Positions 29,028-39,555 are shown, counted from the stretch's first letter. The stretch is 64,000 bases of DNA from an uncultured Aquimarina sp. (GCF_947496855.1 NZ_CANMED010000008.1:76509-140508); one strand, 5' to 3'. Notes: generated from the sequence alone by a model not told the origin. Made by a program: numbers and translations.

Positions 29028-29479
29028 TATGCAAAAATTCCGTGCTCTATACGAACCAACTCTTCATTTAATAATTGAAATCCAAATGTAGTATCAAGAA
29101 GCTCTTTAGGTTTTTTGGTTGCTAATGCTATATTGGGATGTTCCATCCACCTTTTGAAACGGTCCAAATCACCAAAAATATTCTCCCCTCTAGCATAAAG
29201 CTTAGCTAATTGTAGTGCTTTGGCACTTGCCTCTGTACTCAATTTCTTATTTAATTCATAACGTTGTATAGTGCGTTCGGATAAATGCAAAACATGTGCT
29301 AATTCACTTAGATCAAAATCGATCGTTTTTGCAAGATGTACTAATGCTCTTTTATCTATACCGTTACGAGATAATTCTATAAAATCGTAAATATTATGTA
29401 GAGGAATATCCAAATTAAGATACCTTAACAAACCTTCACTTTCTAAACCATCGTAATCTAATGGGGTTACTGCGCTCAT
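29027..29479 (-). CDS. Xre-like antitoxin with DUF2384-type C-terminal domain (partner of RES)
   Basis: I prefer ATG 29479 (MSAVTPLDYDG...) over the track start at 29512. It has the HTH LSELAHVLHLSERTIQRYE and a C-terminal FKRWMEHPNIALATKKPKELLDT...VRIEHGIFA. Confidence 0.8.
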   Translation of the reverse strand: MSAVTPLDYDGLESEGLLRYLNLDIPLHNIYDFIELSRNGIDKRALVHLAKTIDFDLSELAHVLHLSERTIQRYELNKKLSTEASAKALQLAKLYARGENIFGDLDRFKRWMEHPNIALATKKPKELLDTTFGFQLLNEELVRIEHGIFA

Positions 29480-29531
29480 AATACAAATGAATTTATTATG
29501 ACAAAAATACAAAAAAAAATGACAAATGACT

Positions 29532-31865
29532 TTAATCTTCTATAATTAAATCCAATTCCTCACTAACTTCATCTAATCGAGCTTCCATAGACCGGATTGC
29601 AATGGTAGATAAATAACGTCCCAGAGGAAGAACCGGTTTAATAGCTAATTCTTCTTTATCTATATCATTAGATAATAGAGTCACAGAAGGCGGTGTTATC
29701 TTGGTTTGTTTTAGGTTAATAATATAATCACTCTCCAACCTCTTCAAAATTTCCTGAGTATGTCCATATCGCACATTTTTTAATGTAGTTAACGGAGCTT
29801 CAAACTGTGTACTGGTTCTAGCGATCTTACGTTCTTCTTCATTAGCTATAACCAAATGTTTAATTTTTACTTTTTCTTTTAGATCAGGAAAAGAATCATT
29901 TAATACTTTTTTTAATACCTCTTCTATACCTCTAGATACTCTACCACCAATATTATCATAATATCCAGCATCCGCATATTGATCAGATTTTAATGCATCC
30001 GTTTCTGTAATTTTTCTAACCTCACCTACCGGCGTTATATAGGGGAAACTCGCATTAATACGCATAGCCGTAGAAAGCGCGATAGAATTATTAGGGTAAC
30101 TGGATTGTATATTATTCAAAAAATCGTTCATCCCTGCTAATGGTCTCAAATGGGAATACCTTACCGGACTGATAATATTATAATTTCCTGTTTGTGTATG
30201 TGTTGTATTAATTAATAATAACGGTGGAATTTGCTGACCGATAGTATCTACAGTATTACTTGGAATATTTTGATAAAAAGATAGAAACTCTTTATCAAGA
30301 ACATTTTGACCTTTTTGATCATAAAAATACTTTTCATGAGCTTGAATCCATTGTTCTTCTAATAACTGCCCCCTATTTTTAAAGTTAAACAGGCTCGTAA
30401 CCTCTTTAAATAAATCTCGTCCTAATAAAGAAAGTAGTGCTACTGATAGATAATTTTCTTTATATATGATGCTAGCTTTATACTTAAGATTAGGGTGTTC
30501 TGTATCTTTAATAATCTTAAAATTAGACTTTTTATTATTAAGGCTTGTATTTCTCGCTTCCGCAAAAAACATAGAATTACCCACACTACCACCTGAAGCT
30601 CCTGTTAATGAAAGTAAATTTTCTTCGAAATAAGCCCCGTTTGACTTTTCATACAAATAACTATGTACCAAAAATGACCAAAGCCCGGCTCTGGATCCTC
30701 CCCCTTCTGCAGAAACCATTATAATAGGAAAAGCTTTATCATTATTTTCTATAATCCCCTCCCTACTCTTTAACCAATGATAAATATAAGTATCTAACGG
30801 CGGTCTCAAGGCTGTAGTTTCTTTTAAGTTTAGTTGATAATGATCAGATGTATCAGAAAAAAATCTAGCAGAAAAAATACAAAATATAGTAACAATTGAA
30901 AGAAGTGGTAACTTAATCTTTTTTCCTATTAAAATTAATATGAAACAAATCATAAAAAGGCTTAGCAAAGAAAGGATCAGGATAGACAAGGGGTTTACTC
31001 CACTTGCCAAATTAGGATAGAAATTCAGAATTAAAAATGTAAACAACAATATAAACCCAAATGATATAATCATTCCATAAAACAGTTTCTTAGGAAAACC
31101 ATTAAGAAACCTGTAGCTATTAAATGATAGAGTAGAAAACAATAGTGCCAAAGCGCAATTAGAAAGAAATAGATTGCCTAAATCCTTCTCAGCTTGTGTA
31201 TTTAAGGTTCCTAATGATATAATTAAAAGCATTAATCCAATAGATACACCAAAAAAAATAACCGTTGTGTTAGAACTTCGATTAAGAAAACCTTTAAGTA
31301 CCTTATATATTTTAGGTTCAGATAATAATAACAGTAAAAATATAATAAGAATTAAAGTATTTGTTGGATCTAGAAACTTTGTATAAGTGTTTTCTAATCC
31401 AAATAACTCCATTGCATTAAGAATACTTAGTGCTGATATTGCCAATAATAAGATAGCAAGAATTCTCGGCAATGTCTTTCTCATATGAATTCTGGTCATA
31501 TAAGGGTAGCTGACAGATTCACTTCTATCCTGAAATTTATAATGTTGATTAGGAATAAAACCTATGAGATTAGAAAAAGAAATATCTTTATAATTATGAA
31601 AATAAAAGTATTTAGGAGCATTCCATATTAAGAAAGCGGCAATTATAAGTAAACTAAAGTATAAAGGGACTTCTAATAAAAAAGTATCCGCCTGGTTAAG
31701 AATCAACAATAAGTCCACCGTTTGAGGAAAATGCCATAGTGCCAGATAAACAGCTCCAATAAAAAAAATACTAATCATATTATTAGTTAATTCTCTTAGA
31801 AGGTTTTTAAACCAAACACTGAATCCTTGGAAAAATAATAATAGCTTGATGATCATTGTAGCCAA
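29532..31865 (-). CDS. Polytopic membrane protein with C-terminal patatin-like phospholipase domain
   Basis: 777 aa. The first ~330 aa are mostly hydrophobic helices. These are followed by the oxyanion motif SAEGGGSRAG, the nucleophile elbow GASGG (GxSxG) and DAGYYDNIG (a catalytic Asp candidate). The track start is TTG; an in-frame ATG is at 31856. Confidence 0.7.
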   Translation of the reverse strand: MATMIIKLLLFFQGFSVWFKNLLRELTNNMISIFFIGAVYLALWHFPQTVDLLLILNQADTFLLEVPLYFSLLIIAAFLIWNAPKYFYFHNYKDISFSNLIGFIPNQHYKFQDRSESVSYPYMTRIHMRKTLPRILAILLLAISALSILNAMELFGLENTYTKFLDPTNTLILIIFLLLLLSEPKIYKVLKGFLNRSSNTTVIFFGVSIGLMLLIISLGTLNTQAEKDLGNLFLSNCALALLFSTLSFNSYRFLNGFPKKLFYGMIISFGFILLFTFLILNFYPNLASGVNPLSILILSLLSLFMICFILILIGKKIKLPLLSIVTIFCIFSARFFSDTSDHYQLNLKETTALRPPLDTYIYHWLKSREGIIENNDKAFPIIMVSAEGGGSRAGLWSFLVHSYLYEKSNGAYFEENLLSLTGASGGSVGNSMFFAEARNTSLNNKKSNFKIIKDTEHPNLKYKASIIYKENYLSVALLSLLGRDLFKEVTSLFNFKNRGQLLEEQWIQAHEKYFYDQKGQNVLDKEFLSFYQNIPSNTVDTIGQQIPPLLLINTTHTQTGNYNIISPVRYSHLRPLAGMNDFLNNIQSSYPNNSIALSTAMRINASFPYITPVGEVRKITETDALKSDQYADAGYYDNIGGRVSRGIEEVLKKVLNDSFPDLKEKVKIKHLVIANEEERKIARTSTQFEAPLTTLKNVRYGHTQEILKRLESDYIINLKQTKITPPSVTLLSNDIDKEELAIKPVLPLGRYLSTIAIRSMEARLDEVSEELDLIIED

Positions 31866-32213
31866 ATTTAGAATTAAATATCCTTAAATCATTGCTCTAT
31901 TTAAAAATAACAACTAAAAAAACAGATCATTGCTATTTTGCAGGGTTTGAGCCAAAAAAGCAATAAACTAACAATCAATATGTTAATGAAATGTAAAATT
32001 TAACATTTGTCTAAACACCTGTGTTTACAGGAGCGACGAGATTTTTAGGAAAATTAACGCTATAGAAATCAATATTTAAATTCAATAAATTACGGTTTTA
32101 ACATAAAAAAACGTATCTTGTCGTTGATTATGTGTTTTACGACGATAAAAACACCTTTAACGTAAGATAAAACTTACTTTTTTAATTGCAGTTTAACCCA
32201 AAAACTGAACCTT

Positions 32214-32747
32214 ATGAAAAAATTATTACCCTTATTAACATTACTTATTGCAAGTGTAACATTTGCAAACGTAAAAATCGACATTTCTTATAAATTAATG
32301 TCTGTGACCGAGAATACCGTAATTAACGGATTAGATGAAAATACTGAAGAAGGTGTAATTTTTATAACAGAAAGTTTACATCTTGAAAACGGCGTTCGTA
32401 TCAAGATTAGAAATGCTTGTTTAATCATTTTAGGAGATATTTCTGGAAATGGAATTCTTGATGTAGACGAAACAGCCACAGTAACCCTAGAAGGTGAGAA
32501 AAAAGGAAGAGTTACCTTTATTGATAGATTTTTAGCAGACTCAACTTGCCAACAAGATACTGGAAATAAAACCTTTAAGCACGTAAGAGAAATACCTACT
32601 GGTATTAAATATAGCCTTTACACACTTTCTGGAAGATTATTAGATAGTGGTATAATTGATGAATACATTCATAATTATGTGGATCCTAAAACATATCTTA
32701 TTAAAGTAGAAGGGTATAAACTAAAAAAAATAGTTTTCAAAAATTAA
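32214..32747 (+). CDS. Exported hypothetical protein
   Basis: 177 aa with signal peptide MKKLLPLLTLLIASVTFA. It is followed by a terminator. Confidence 0.55.
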   Translation: MKKLLPLLTLLIASVTFANVKIDISYKLMSVTENTVINGLDENTEEGVIFITESLHLENGVRIKIRNACLIILGDISGNGILDVDETATVTLEGEKKGRVTFIDRFLADSTCQQDTGNKTFKHVREIPTGIKYSLYTLSGRLLDSGIIDEYIHNYVDPKTYLIKVEGYKLKKIVFKN

Positions 32748-32782
32748 GTCAATCATAAAAAGTAAGGTTTATTATGATGATA

Positions 32783-32812
32783 ACACGGCAATTTTTATTG
32801 TCGTGTTTTTTT
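32783..32812 (+). terminator. Rho-independent terminator
   Basis: acacggcaat-tttt-attgtcgtgt forms a 10-bp stem with one G-U pair, followed by tttttt. Confidence 0.7.
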
Positions 32813-32893
32813 ATGACACAAGTAAACTTTAAAATTCTCGAAATATAGGTTTCTTCCAAACAAAGCAATATTTTTGAAACAAAATAATTGTGT

Positions 32894-34069
32894 ATGATTT
32901 CTGTATCAACAGCGCTATCAATAATTTCAAAAATATCTTATACGCCTAATCCTAAAACCATTCCATTAAAGAATGCAAATGGATTACTTCTCGGTGAGAA
33001 TATCATTTCTCAAATAAACATGCCTCCCTTTAGACAATCTGCAATGGATGGCTATGCATTACTACTTCACGATGAAAATTCTTATCAGATTATCGGTGAA
33101 GTAAAAGCAGGAGACGCAGATAATTACTCTTTAGAACCAGGACAAGGTGTTCGTATTTTTACAGGAGCTAGAGTCCCTGATAATGCAAATACCGTAGTAA
33201 TTCAGGAAAAAGTAAATAGATCAGAAAACACCATAACCCTTGATAGCGAAATACACGCAAATCAAAATATTAGAGCGGTAGGAGAACAAATAAGAAAAGG
33301 AGCTACTGCATTAACCAAAGGAACTAAACTAACCCCTGCTGGTATTGGGTTTCTTGCTGGATTAGGAATAACAAATGTAGAAATTTACACTCCTCCCCGC
33401 GTCTCAATCATTACCACCGGTAATGAACTTATAACCCCTGGAGAAAAGCTTAAAGAAGGAAAGATTTATGAAAGTAATTCTATACAATTAGAGACTGTAT
33501 TGCAACAATTACATATTAAACAGATTACCAATTATGTAGTACATGATGAATATAAAAGTACTAAAGAAACGATACAGCAAGCTATAGATAATAATGATCT
33601 TGTATTAATAAGTGGTGGTATTTCTGTAGGAGATTATGATTTTGTAAAAGAAGCTTTATCAGAACTACATACTGAAGAATTATTTTATAAGATTAAACAA
33701 AAACCAGGAAAACCATTGTTTTTTGGAACTAATAATAAAACTATGATTTTTGCCTTGCCTGGTAATCCTGCTTCTTCGCTTACCTGTTTTTATATTTATG
33801 TACTACCAATTATCCAAAAAATGATGGGAGCAGACACCATAGGTCTCAAGAGAACTACAAAACTTATTACCCAGGACTTCACTAAAAAGGGAGATAGAGC
33901 ACAATTTCTTAAAGCAAAAGTATCCGGGGAAACAGTAGAAATTCTAGAAGGCCAAAGCTCAGCCATGTTATATACTTATGCTATTGCCAATGCATTGGTT
34001 TATATCCCAGAACATGTAGATAGCATTAAAAAAGGAAATGAAGCTGAAACTATTTTATTACCTCAGTAA
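32894..34069 (+). CDS. moeA: Molybdopterin molybdotransferase
   Basis: It has the MPPFRQSAMDGYAL motif and SGGISVGDYD. I prefer ATG 32894 over the TTG at 32888. Confidence 0.9.
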   Translation: MISVSTALSIISKISYTPNPKTIPLKNANGLLLGENIISQINMPPFRQSAMDGYALLLHDENSYQIIGEVKAGDADNYSLEPGQGVRIFTGARVPDNANTVVIQEKVNRSENTITLDSEIHANQNIRAVGEQIRKGATALTKGTKLTPAGIGFLAGLGITNVEIYTPPRVSIITTGNELITPGEKLKEGKIYESNSIQLETVLQQLHIKQITNYVVHDEYKSTKETIQQAIDNNDLVLISGGISVGDYDFVKEALSELHTEELFYKIKQKPGKPLFFGTNNKTMIFALPGNPASSLTCFYIYVLPIIQKMMGADTIGLKRTTKLITQDFTKKGDRAQFLKAKVSGETVEILEGQSSAMLYTYAIANALVYIPEHVDSIKKGNEAETILLPQ

Positions 34070-34211
34070 CTTTTTCTCTTTTTCAAAAAGAATATAGCAT
34101 TAATTTCAGTTTAAATCATTACGGTCTTTTATTTTTGAATTAATCATAAAAATTTCTGAAAGAGTTTATTCTTTATCTTTTTCGTTATATCTTGCAGGAA
34201 ACAACGCTTTC

Positions 34212-34544
34212 ATGTATCATATAAAAAGTAGAATTTGGATAGAAGGAGAAGAAGGTGTTTTTCTTGGAGAAGGACGAATTAAAGTCTTAAAAGCAATAAT
34301 GGTAGAAGGTTCTCTTTCTAAAGCTGCTAAATCTCTAGGAATGTCATATAAGAAAGCTTGGAATTTAGTTGATTCTATTAACAAAAATGCCTCGACTCCT
34401 GTCATTATTACTAATACTGGTGGTAGCGGTGGTGGTGGAACAAAGATCACAGCCTACGGAATAAAAATGATTACTGCTTTCGAAAATATTAATAAAAACT
34501 GTTGGGATTTTCTGGATCAACAACTAAAAGATCTCCAACTATGA
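34212..34544 (+). CDS. ModE N-terminal-like winged-helix regulator (no Mop domains)
   Basis: 110 aa. GSLSKAAKSLGMSYKKAWNLVDSIN plus the glycine run TGGSGGGGTKIT resemble the ModE DNA-binding domain. Its stop overlaps the mobA start (ATGA). Confidence 0.65.
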   Translation: MYHIKSRIWIEGEEGVFLGEGRIKVLKAIMVEGSLSKAAKSLGMSYKKAWNLVDSINKNASTPVIITNTGGSGGGGTKITAYGIKMITAFENINKNCWDFLDQQLKDLQL

Positions 34545-35113
34545 CTTTAGGAATAGATCAGGATATAACAGGAATTATACTTGCTGGTGGAAAAAGCAGT
34601 CGAATGGGTCAGGACAAAGGGTTGAAACTTCATAACGGAAAGCCCTTTATACAACATATTATACATTCAATAGAGACGATTACTAATAAAATTCTAATTA
34701 TTACAGGTAGTAGTAATTACCAAATATTTGGCTATCCGTGTATACCAGATATTATTCCGGATCAAGGTCCTGTTGGTGGCATTTATAGCGGTTTAAAACA
34801 TACTAAAACAAAACAGAATTTAGTTTTGAGTTGCGATGTCCCCTTTGTTAAACCTCTTGTTCTTAATAACCTTATTTCTGAATATGACCCCAATTATGAT
34901 GTCATAACATATGAGGATATTCCTCTTATCACCTTATATAATAAATCGGTAGAAAGAACCTTTTTTGAAAGTATTCGAGAGCAACGTCTTAGTCTGAGGA
35001 AAACACTTTCAAAATTAAACGTAAAAAGTATACCTGTTAAGGAGAGTATAGCTCCTTATGTAAAAAATATTAATACACACCAACAGTATAAAGAAGCAAA
35101 TACATGGAAGTGA
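34541..35113 (+). CDS. mobA: Molybdenum cofactor guanylyltransferase
   Basis: It has the GIILAGGKSSRMGQDKGL motif. I prefer ATG 34541 over the track start at 34502. Confidence 0.85.
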   Translation: MTLGIDQDITGIILAGGKSSRMGQDKGLKLHNGKPFIQHIIHSIETITNKILIITGSSNYQIFGYPCIPDIIPDQGPVGGIYSGLKHTKTKQNLVLSCDVPFVKPLVLNNLISEYDPNYDVITYEDIPLITLYNKSVERTFFESIREQRLSLRKTLSKLNVKSIPVKESIAPYVKNINTHQQYKEANTWK

Positions 35114-35343
35114 AAGTTTTGTATTTCGGAATGATTGCGGAAGCTACTGATCGTAAAGAAGAGTTGATCTCTTTAGAATCCGGCAGTAATGTTGGTCAAC
35201 TTGAAAACCTGTTAAAAGATAAATATGAAAATTTGCAACATTTGTCATTTAAAGTAGCAATTGACAAAGAAATTTCATCGAGTAACACCTTACTTACATC
35301 CAATAATGAAATAGCATTATTACCTCCTTTTTCTGGCGGTTAA
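35104..35343 (+). CDS. moaD: Molybdopterin synthase sulfur carrier subunit
   Basis: 79 aa ending in GG (PPFSGG). It overlaps mobA by 10 nt. Confidence 0.8.
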   Translation: MEVKVLYFGMIAEATDRKEELISLESGSNVGQLENLLKDKYENLQHLSFKVAIDKEISSSNTLLTSNNEIALLPPFSGG

Positions 35344-35354
35344 AAAAATAAAAT

Positions 35355-35795
35355 ATGAATAAAAGAAAAACAGTATTTATAGAAGGTCCTATTACTCCTT
35401 CTTTTATTGCGAATTCTATAGAAAAACATCAGACCAAAACTACCATCGGTGCTCACGACATATTTTTAGGTCAAGTAAGAGCAGATAAAATCGACGGTAA
35501 AATTGTTCAAGCAATTGACTATTCTGCTTATACTGAGATGGCAGAAAATAAATTTCATGAAATTCGTGAAGCCACTTTTAGTAAATATGATCTTACCTGT
35601 ATGCATATATATCACAGCTTGGGTAAGGTAAAGGCGGGTGAAATTTGTCTTTTTGTATTCGTTTCTGCTCCTCATAGGAAAGTTGCTTTTGAAGCATTAG
35701 AATTTTTAGTGGAAGAAATAAAAAAAGAAGTGCCTGTATTCGGAAAAGAAGTTTTTGAAGATGAAACACACGTTTGGAAAGTTAATAAAGTTTAA
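35355..35795 (+). CDS. moaE: Molybdopterin synthase catalytic subunit
   Basis: 146 aa. It has the FLGQVRAD...AIDYSAYTEMAE pattern and lies next to moaD. Confidence 0.85.
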   Translation: MNKRKTVFIEGPITPSFIANSIEKHQTKTTIGAHDIFLGQVRADKIDGKIVQAIDYSAYTEMAENKFHEIREATFSKYDLTCMHIYHSLGKVKAGEICLFVFVSAPHRKVAFEALEFLVEEIKKEVPVFGKEVFEDETHVWKVNKV

Positions 35796-35858
35796 TTTTT
35801 CAAAAAGTTCCAATAAAAAAAATACAACCAAAACCCTAGTAAACGATTAAACAGTAAA

Positions 35859-36773
35859 ATGGTAGATATTACACATAAAAATAATACACTCCGAACAGCA
35901 GTAGCACAAGCGATTGTTAAGGTTGGAAGCATAGAAACCATCGAAGCTATTGTATCTAAAAATATTCCAAAAGGTGATGTTTTTGAGATGGCAAAAACTG
36001 CTGGGTTATTTGCTGTAAAAAGGACTAGTGATATGATTCCGGATTGTCATCCTTTGCCAATTGAATATACCAAAATAGATTATAAAATCAATAATCTCGA
36101 AATCACAATAGAGATGATCGTAAAAACTATCTATAAAACTGGTGTAGAAGTTGAAGCAATGCATGGAGTATCTGTTGTTGCACTGACGATGTACGATATG
36201 CTAAAACCTGTAGATAAAAATGTAGAAATACAACATATCAAACTACTGCATAAACGAGGTGGTAAATCCAGTTATAAAGATAATGGAGCTCCATTTACTG
36301 CTGGAGTGATTGTCTGTTCTGATTCCATTTCTGCAGGTCACAAAGAAGATAAAGCCGGTAAAGCTATTATAACCAAACTAGAAGAATGTGGAGTTACTAT
36401 TAACACCTACACAATTATTCCTGATGAAACAGATCAGATCCAACAACAAGTAAAACAATTAGAAAAAGCTGGTAATGATCTTATCATTTTTACCGGTGGT
36501 ACGGGATTGTCGCCTCGCGATGTAACACCAGAAGCAATTTTACCATTAATCGAACGTCGTATTCCCGGAATCGAAGAAGCGATTCGTAATTATGGACAAG
36601 ATCGTATGCCGTATGCTATGCTCTCCCGAAGTGTAGCTGGAGTGATAGGAGAATCACTAGTACTAGCATTGCCAGGGTCTACAAATGGTGCTAGAGAATC
36701 GATGGAAGCAATTTTTCCTGCTGTGTTGCACACCTTCAGAATTCTAAAAGGTGCAAAACATGATGGAAACTAA
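35859..36773 (+). CDS. moaC: Bifunctional cyclic pyranopterin monophosphate synthase MoaC / MoaB-Mog-like domain fusion
   Basis: 304 aa. The N-terminus MVDITHKNNTLRTAVAQA is MoaC-like. The C-terminal half, with GVIVCSDSISAG...FTGGTGLSPRDVTPEA, is MoaB/Mog-like. Confidence 0.85.
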   Translation: MVDITHKNNTLRTAVAQAIVKVGSIETIEAIVSKNIPKGDVFEMAKTAGLFAVKRTSDMIPDCHPLPIEYTKIDYKINNLEITIEMIVKTIYKTGVEVEAMHGVSVVALTMYDMLKPVDKNVEIQHIKLLHKRGGKSSYKDNGAPFTAGVIVCSDSISAGHKEDKAGKAIITKLEECGVTINTYTIIPDETDQIQQQVKQLEKAGNDLIIFTGGTGLSPRDVTPEAILPLIERRIPGIEEAIRNYGQDRMPYAMLSRSVAGVIGESLVLALPGSTNGARESMEAIFPAVLHTFRILKGAKHDGN

Positions 36774-36803
36774 AACAAGAATGTAAATATAAAAAACCAG
36801 CGC

Positions 36804-37790
36804 ATGCTAACAGATAGTTTCGGACGTAAACACACATATCTTAGGATTTCATTGACAGAGAAATGTAATCTTAGGTGTACATATTGCATGCCTGCAAACG
36901 GGATTCCTCTAAGCCCAAAAGAACATCTGATGTCTGCAGATGAAATCTATACGATTGCCAAAGAATTTGTAGGATTTGGAGTTAACAAGATTAGACTAAC
37001 TGGTGGAGAACCTATGGTGAGAAAAGATTTTCCTTTAATACTAGAAAAACTAGCTAGCTTACCTGTCGAATTAGGAATTACAACCAATGGAGTATTAGCA
37101 GACCGTTTTATTCCTCTCTTAAACGATAATGGAGTGAAGACTATTACAATTAGCATAGATTCACTTCATAAAGATAAGTTTGAGAAAATTACACGCCGCA
37201 ATGAATTCGAAAAAGTTTGGAGTACGATACAACTTTTCCAAAAAGAAGGGTTTAAAGTCAAACTAAATATTGTTTTAATAAAAAACTTTAATGAAGATGA
37301 AATTATTGATTTTATTAACCTGACTAAAGATCGAGATCTAGTCATTCGTTTTATAGAATTTATGCCATTTGATGGAAATCAATGGAATATGGATAAACTT
37401 GTAACGCAGCAAGAAATCTTAGATAAGGTAAATTATACTTTTCCGTTACAGCTTAAACGATTAGACGATGCTCCTAATGACACTTCCCGAAACTATAAAA
37501 TTGAAGGATATCGTGGTAGTTTTGCCATAATAAGTTCTGTTACCAATCCTTTTTGTGACACCTGTAATCGTATCCGTATCACAGCTGATGGTAAATTAAA
37601 AAATTGCTTGTTCTCTGGTAAGGAATTTTCATTATTAAAACCACTAAGAGCTGAACAACCTATATTTCCTGTTATACAATCTGCACTAGAACATAAATTT
37701 GCTACCAGAGGAGGAATGGACACTCCCGAAAAATTAAAAAACCCTGAGTTACATTCTAAAAACAGAAGTATGATTAGTATTGGTGGTTAA
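36804..37790 (+). CDS. moaA: GTP 3',8-cyclase (radical SAM)
   Basis: It has LRISLTEKCNLRCTYCMP (CxxxCxxC) and a C-terminal GG. Confidence 0.9.
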   Translation: MLTDSFGRKHTYLRISLTEKCNLRCTYCMPANGIPLSPKEHLMSADEIYTIAKEFVGFGVNKIRLTGGEPMVRKDFPLILEKLASLPVELGITTNGVLADRFIPLLNDNGVKTITISIDSLHKDKFEKITRRNEFEKVWSTIQLFQKEGFKVKLNIVLIKNFNEDEIIDFINLTKDRDLVIRFIEFMPFDGNQWNMDKLVTQQEILDKVNYTFPLQLKRLDDAPNDTSRNYKIEGYRGSFAIISSVTNPFCDTCNRIRITADGKLKNCLFSGKEFSLLKPLRAEQPIFPVIQSALEHKFATRGGMDTPEKLKNPELHSKNRSMISIGG

Positions 37791-37917
37791 TTTCTGAAAA
37801 TTCTTTTAGTATACATTTCTAAAAAACCATTATATTTAGGCTTATATCCCAATAAGGCCCCCAAAATACCTTATCTGAAGATTAACTAACTTAAGATCTT
37901 AGTACAAAAAATCATCT

Positions 37918-39321
37918 ATGAATCAAAAATCATGGTTTAAATCTGAAGCTGCCGCATACACACTATATGGAGTATTATTTGGCTGTATGTTTCCTGTTTT
38001 GGCTACTAGCATAGATATTGCCAAATTAGGATTAGATTTTTCAATAGATTCAGTAATATTTGTTCAGGAACAATATCCAATTCATTACATTATCGATACC
38101 GCTCCCCTATTTCTTGGTTTATTCGCCATGTTTGGAGGACGCAATTTGGATAAACTCAAAGAGAGAAATACGCAAATCCTACAAGCTTCAAAATTTAAAC
38201 AGGATTTCTTGGCTAACATGAGCCACGAAATCAGGACACCTATGGTGGGTGTGATAGGTATGATTGATTTGCTTTTTAAAAATACTGAGCTAAATAATTT
38301 ACAAAAAGAATATGTTACTACAATTCATCAATCTTCACAAAACTTATTAGATATTTTAAATCAAATCCTTGATTTATCTAAAATAGAAGCAGGAAAATTT
38401 ACACTATCTCCTAAAGGGATTAATCTTAAAAAGTTAATCGACCAAAATGTAGATCTATTTCTTGCAAATAGTAAGGCAAAAGGAATTAAACTGGTTTCTG
38501 AATATCCCGATACCTTGTCGGAGCATATTTATGCAGATAATAACAGGCTAACGCAAATATTATCCAATCTTATCGGTAATGCTATCAAATTTACCAATGA
38601 GGGCACTATCACTATAAAATCATCTTTAGTTTCTAAAAAAAATGAAGAGTTAACCATTAAAGTAGAAGTAATTGATTCTGGAATTGGTATCAGCAAACAA
38701 GATCAAGAATCCCTTTTTAATAGATTTAGTCAAGTACATAACGATACTGTCCTAATCGGAGAAGGAAGTGGATTAGGCCTTACTATCAGTAAAAAATTAG
38801 TGGATTTAATGAATGGAAAATTAGGCGTACATAGTGAAGTTGGAAAAGGAAGTAATTTTTGGTTTACTTTCGAAACCAAAATATCTGATGCTATCTCGCA
38901 AACAATTGATAAAGTTTTTGATAAAAGTAGAGATCAAAAGTTTAACCTTAATGTTCTATTGGTAGAAGATTCTGAAACAAACATCCTTGTTTCTAAACAA
39001 ATCCTTAAATATCTAGGTTGCACAGCAGATGTCGCCGAAAACGGAAGAAAAGCTATAGAAATGTTTGAAGAAGGTGTGTACGACCTTATTTTGATGGATA
39101 TAAATCTTCCGGAATTAGATGGAGTAGAAACTTGCAAATTGATCCGTAAAGGCTATAAAAAAGTACCTCCTGTTATTGCAATTACTTCTAACGCCTTACC
39201 CGGTGACGCAGAACGATTTATTGCAAAAGGACTAGATGATTATATAACTAAACCTTTTACTACAGAAATACTTAATATAAAACTTAAAAATTGGTTTGGT
39301 GATCATAGTGGATATCATTAA
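37918..39321 (+). CDS. Hybrid sensor histidine kinase / response regulator
   Basis: It has the H-box FLANMSHEIRTPM, a HATPase region (GSGLGLTISKKLV) and a receiver domain (LLVEDSETN...LILMDINLPELDG). Confidence 0.9.
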   Translation: MNQKSWFKSEAAAYTLYGVLFGCMFPVLATSIDIAKLGLDFSIDSVIFVQEQYPIHYIIDTAPLFLGLFAMFGGRNLDKLKERNTQILQASKFKQDFLANMSHEIRTPMVGVIGMIDLLFKNTELNNLQKEYVTTIHQSSQNLLDILNQILDLSKIEAGKFTLSPKGINLKKLIDQNVDLFLANSKAKGIKLVSEYPDTLSEHIYADNNRLTQILSNLIGNAIKFTNEGTITIKSSLVSKKNEELTIKVEVIDSGIGISKQDQESLFNRFSQVHNDTVLIGEGSGLGLTISKKLVDLMNGKLGVHSEVGKGSNFWFTFETKISDAISQTIDKVFDKSRDQKFNLNVLLVEDSETNILVSKQILKYLGCTADVAENGRKAIEMFEEGVYDLILMDINLPELDGVETCKLIRKGYKKVPPVIAITSNALPGDAERFIAKGLDDYITKPFTTEILNIKLKNWFGDHSGYH

Positions 39322-39555
39322 GATCAAAAAAATCCTTTCTTCAATATAAAAGAAAACACATAGTTATAAACACAACCGTTTTAAAACATCTTATTAAAGA
39401 AGCATAACATTTCTTTATAGAGAACAAGAAGGCTACCATATTAGCTCATTTTTAACTATTGTATCCTAAAAATCATCTGTAATTTTAGTATCTTGTATAA
39501 TCGACATTCTACCTCAAAGATTAAAGAATGTAATTATTAATTGAATGAATCTGAT

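Noticed and set aside
34502-34540. Longer mobA ORF overlapping the ModE-like gene by 43 nt
   Set aside because: The ATG at 34541 gives the conserved N-terminus (MTLGIDQDITGIILAGGKSSRMG) and an ATGA stop-start overlap. The upstream extension begins at a non-ATG codon.
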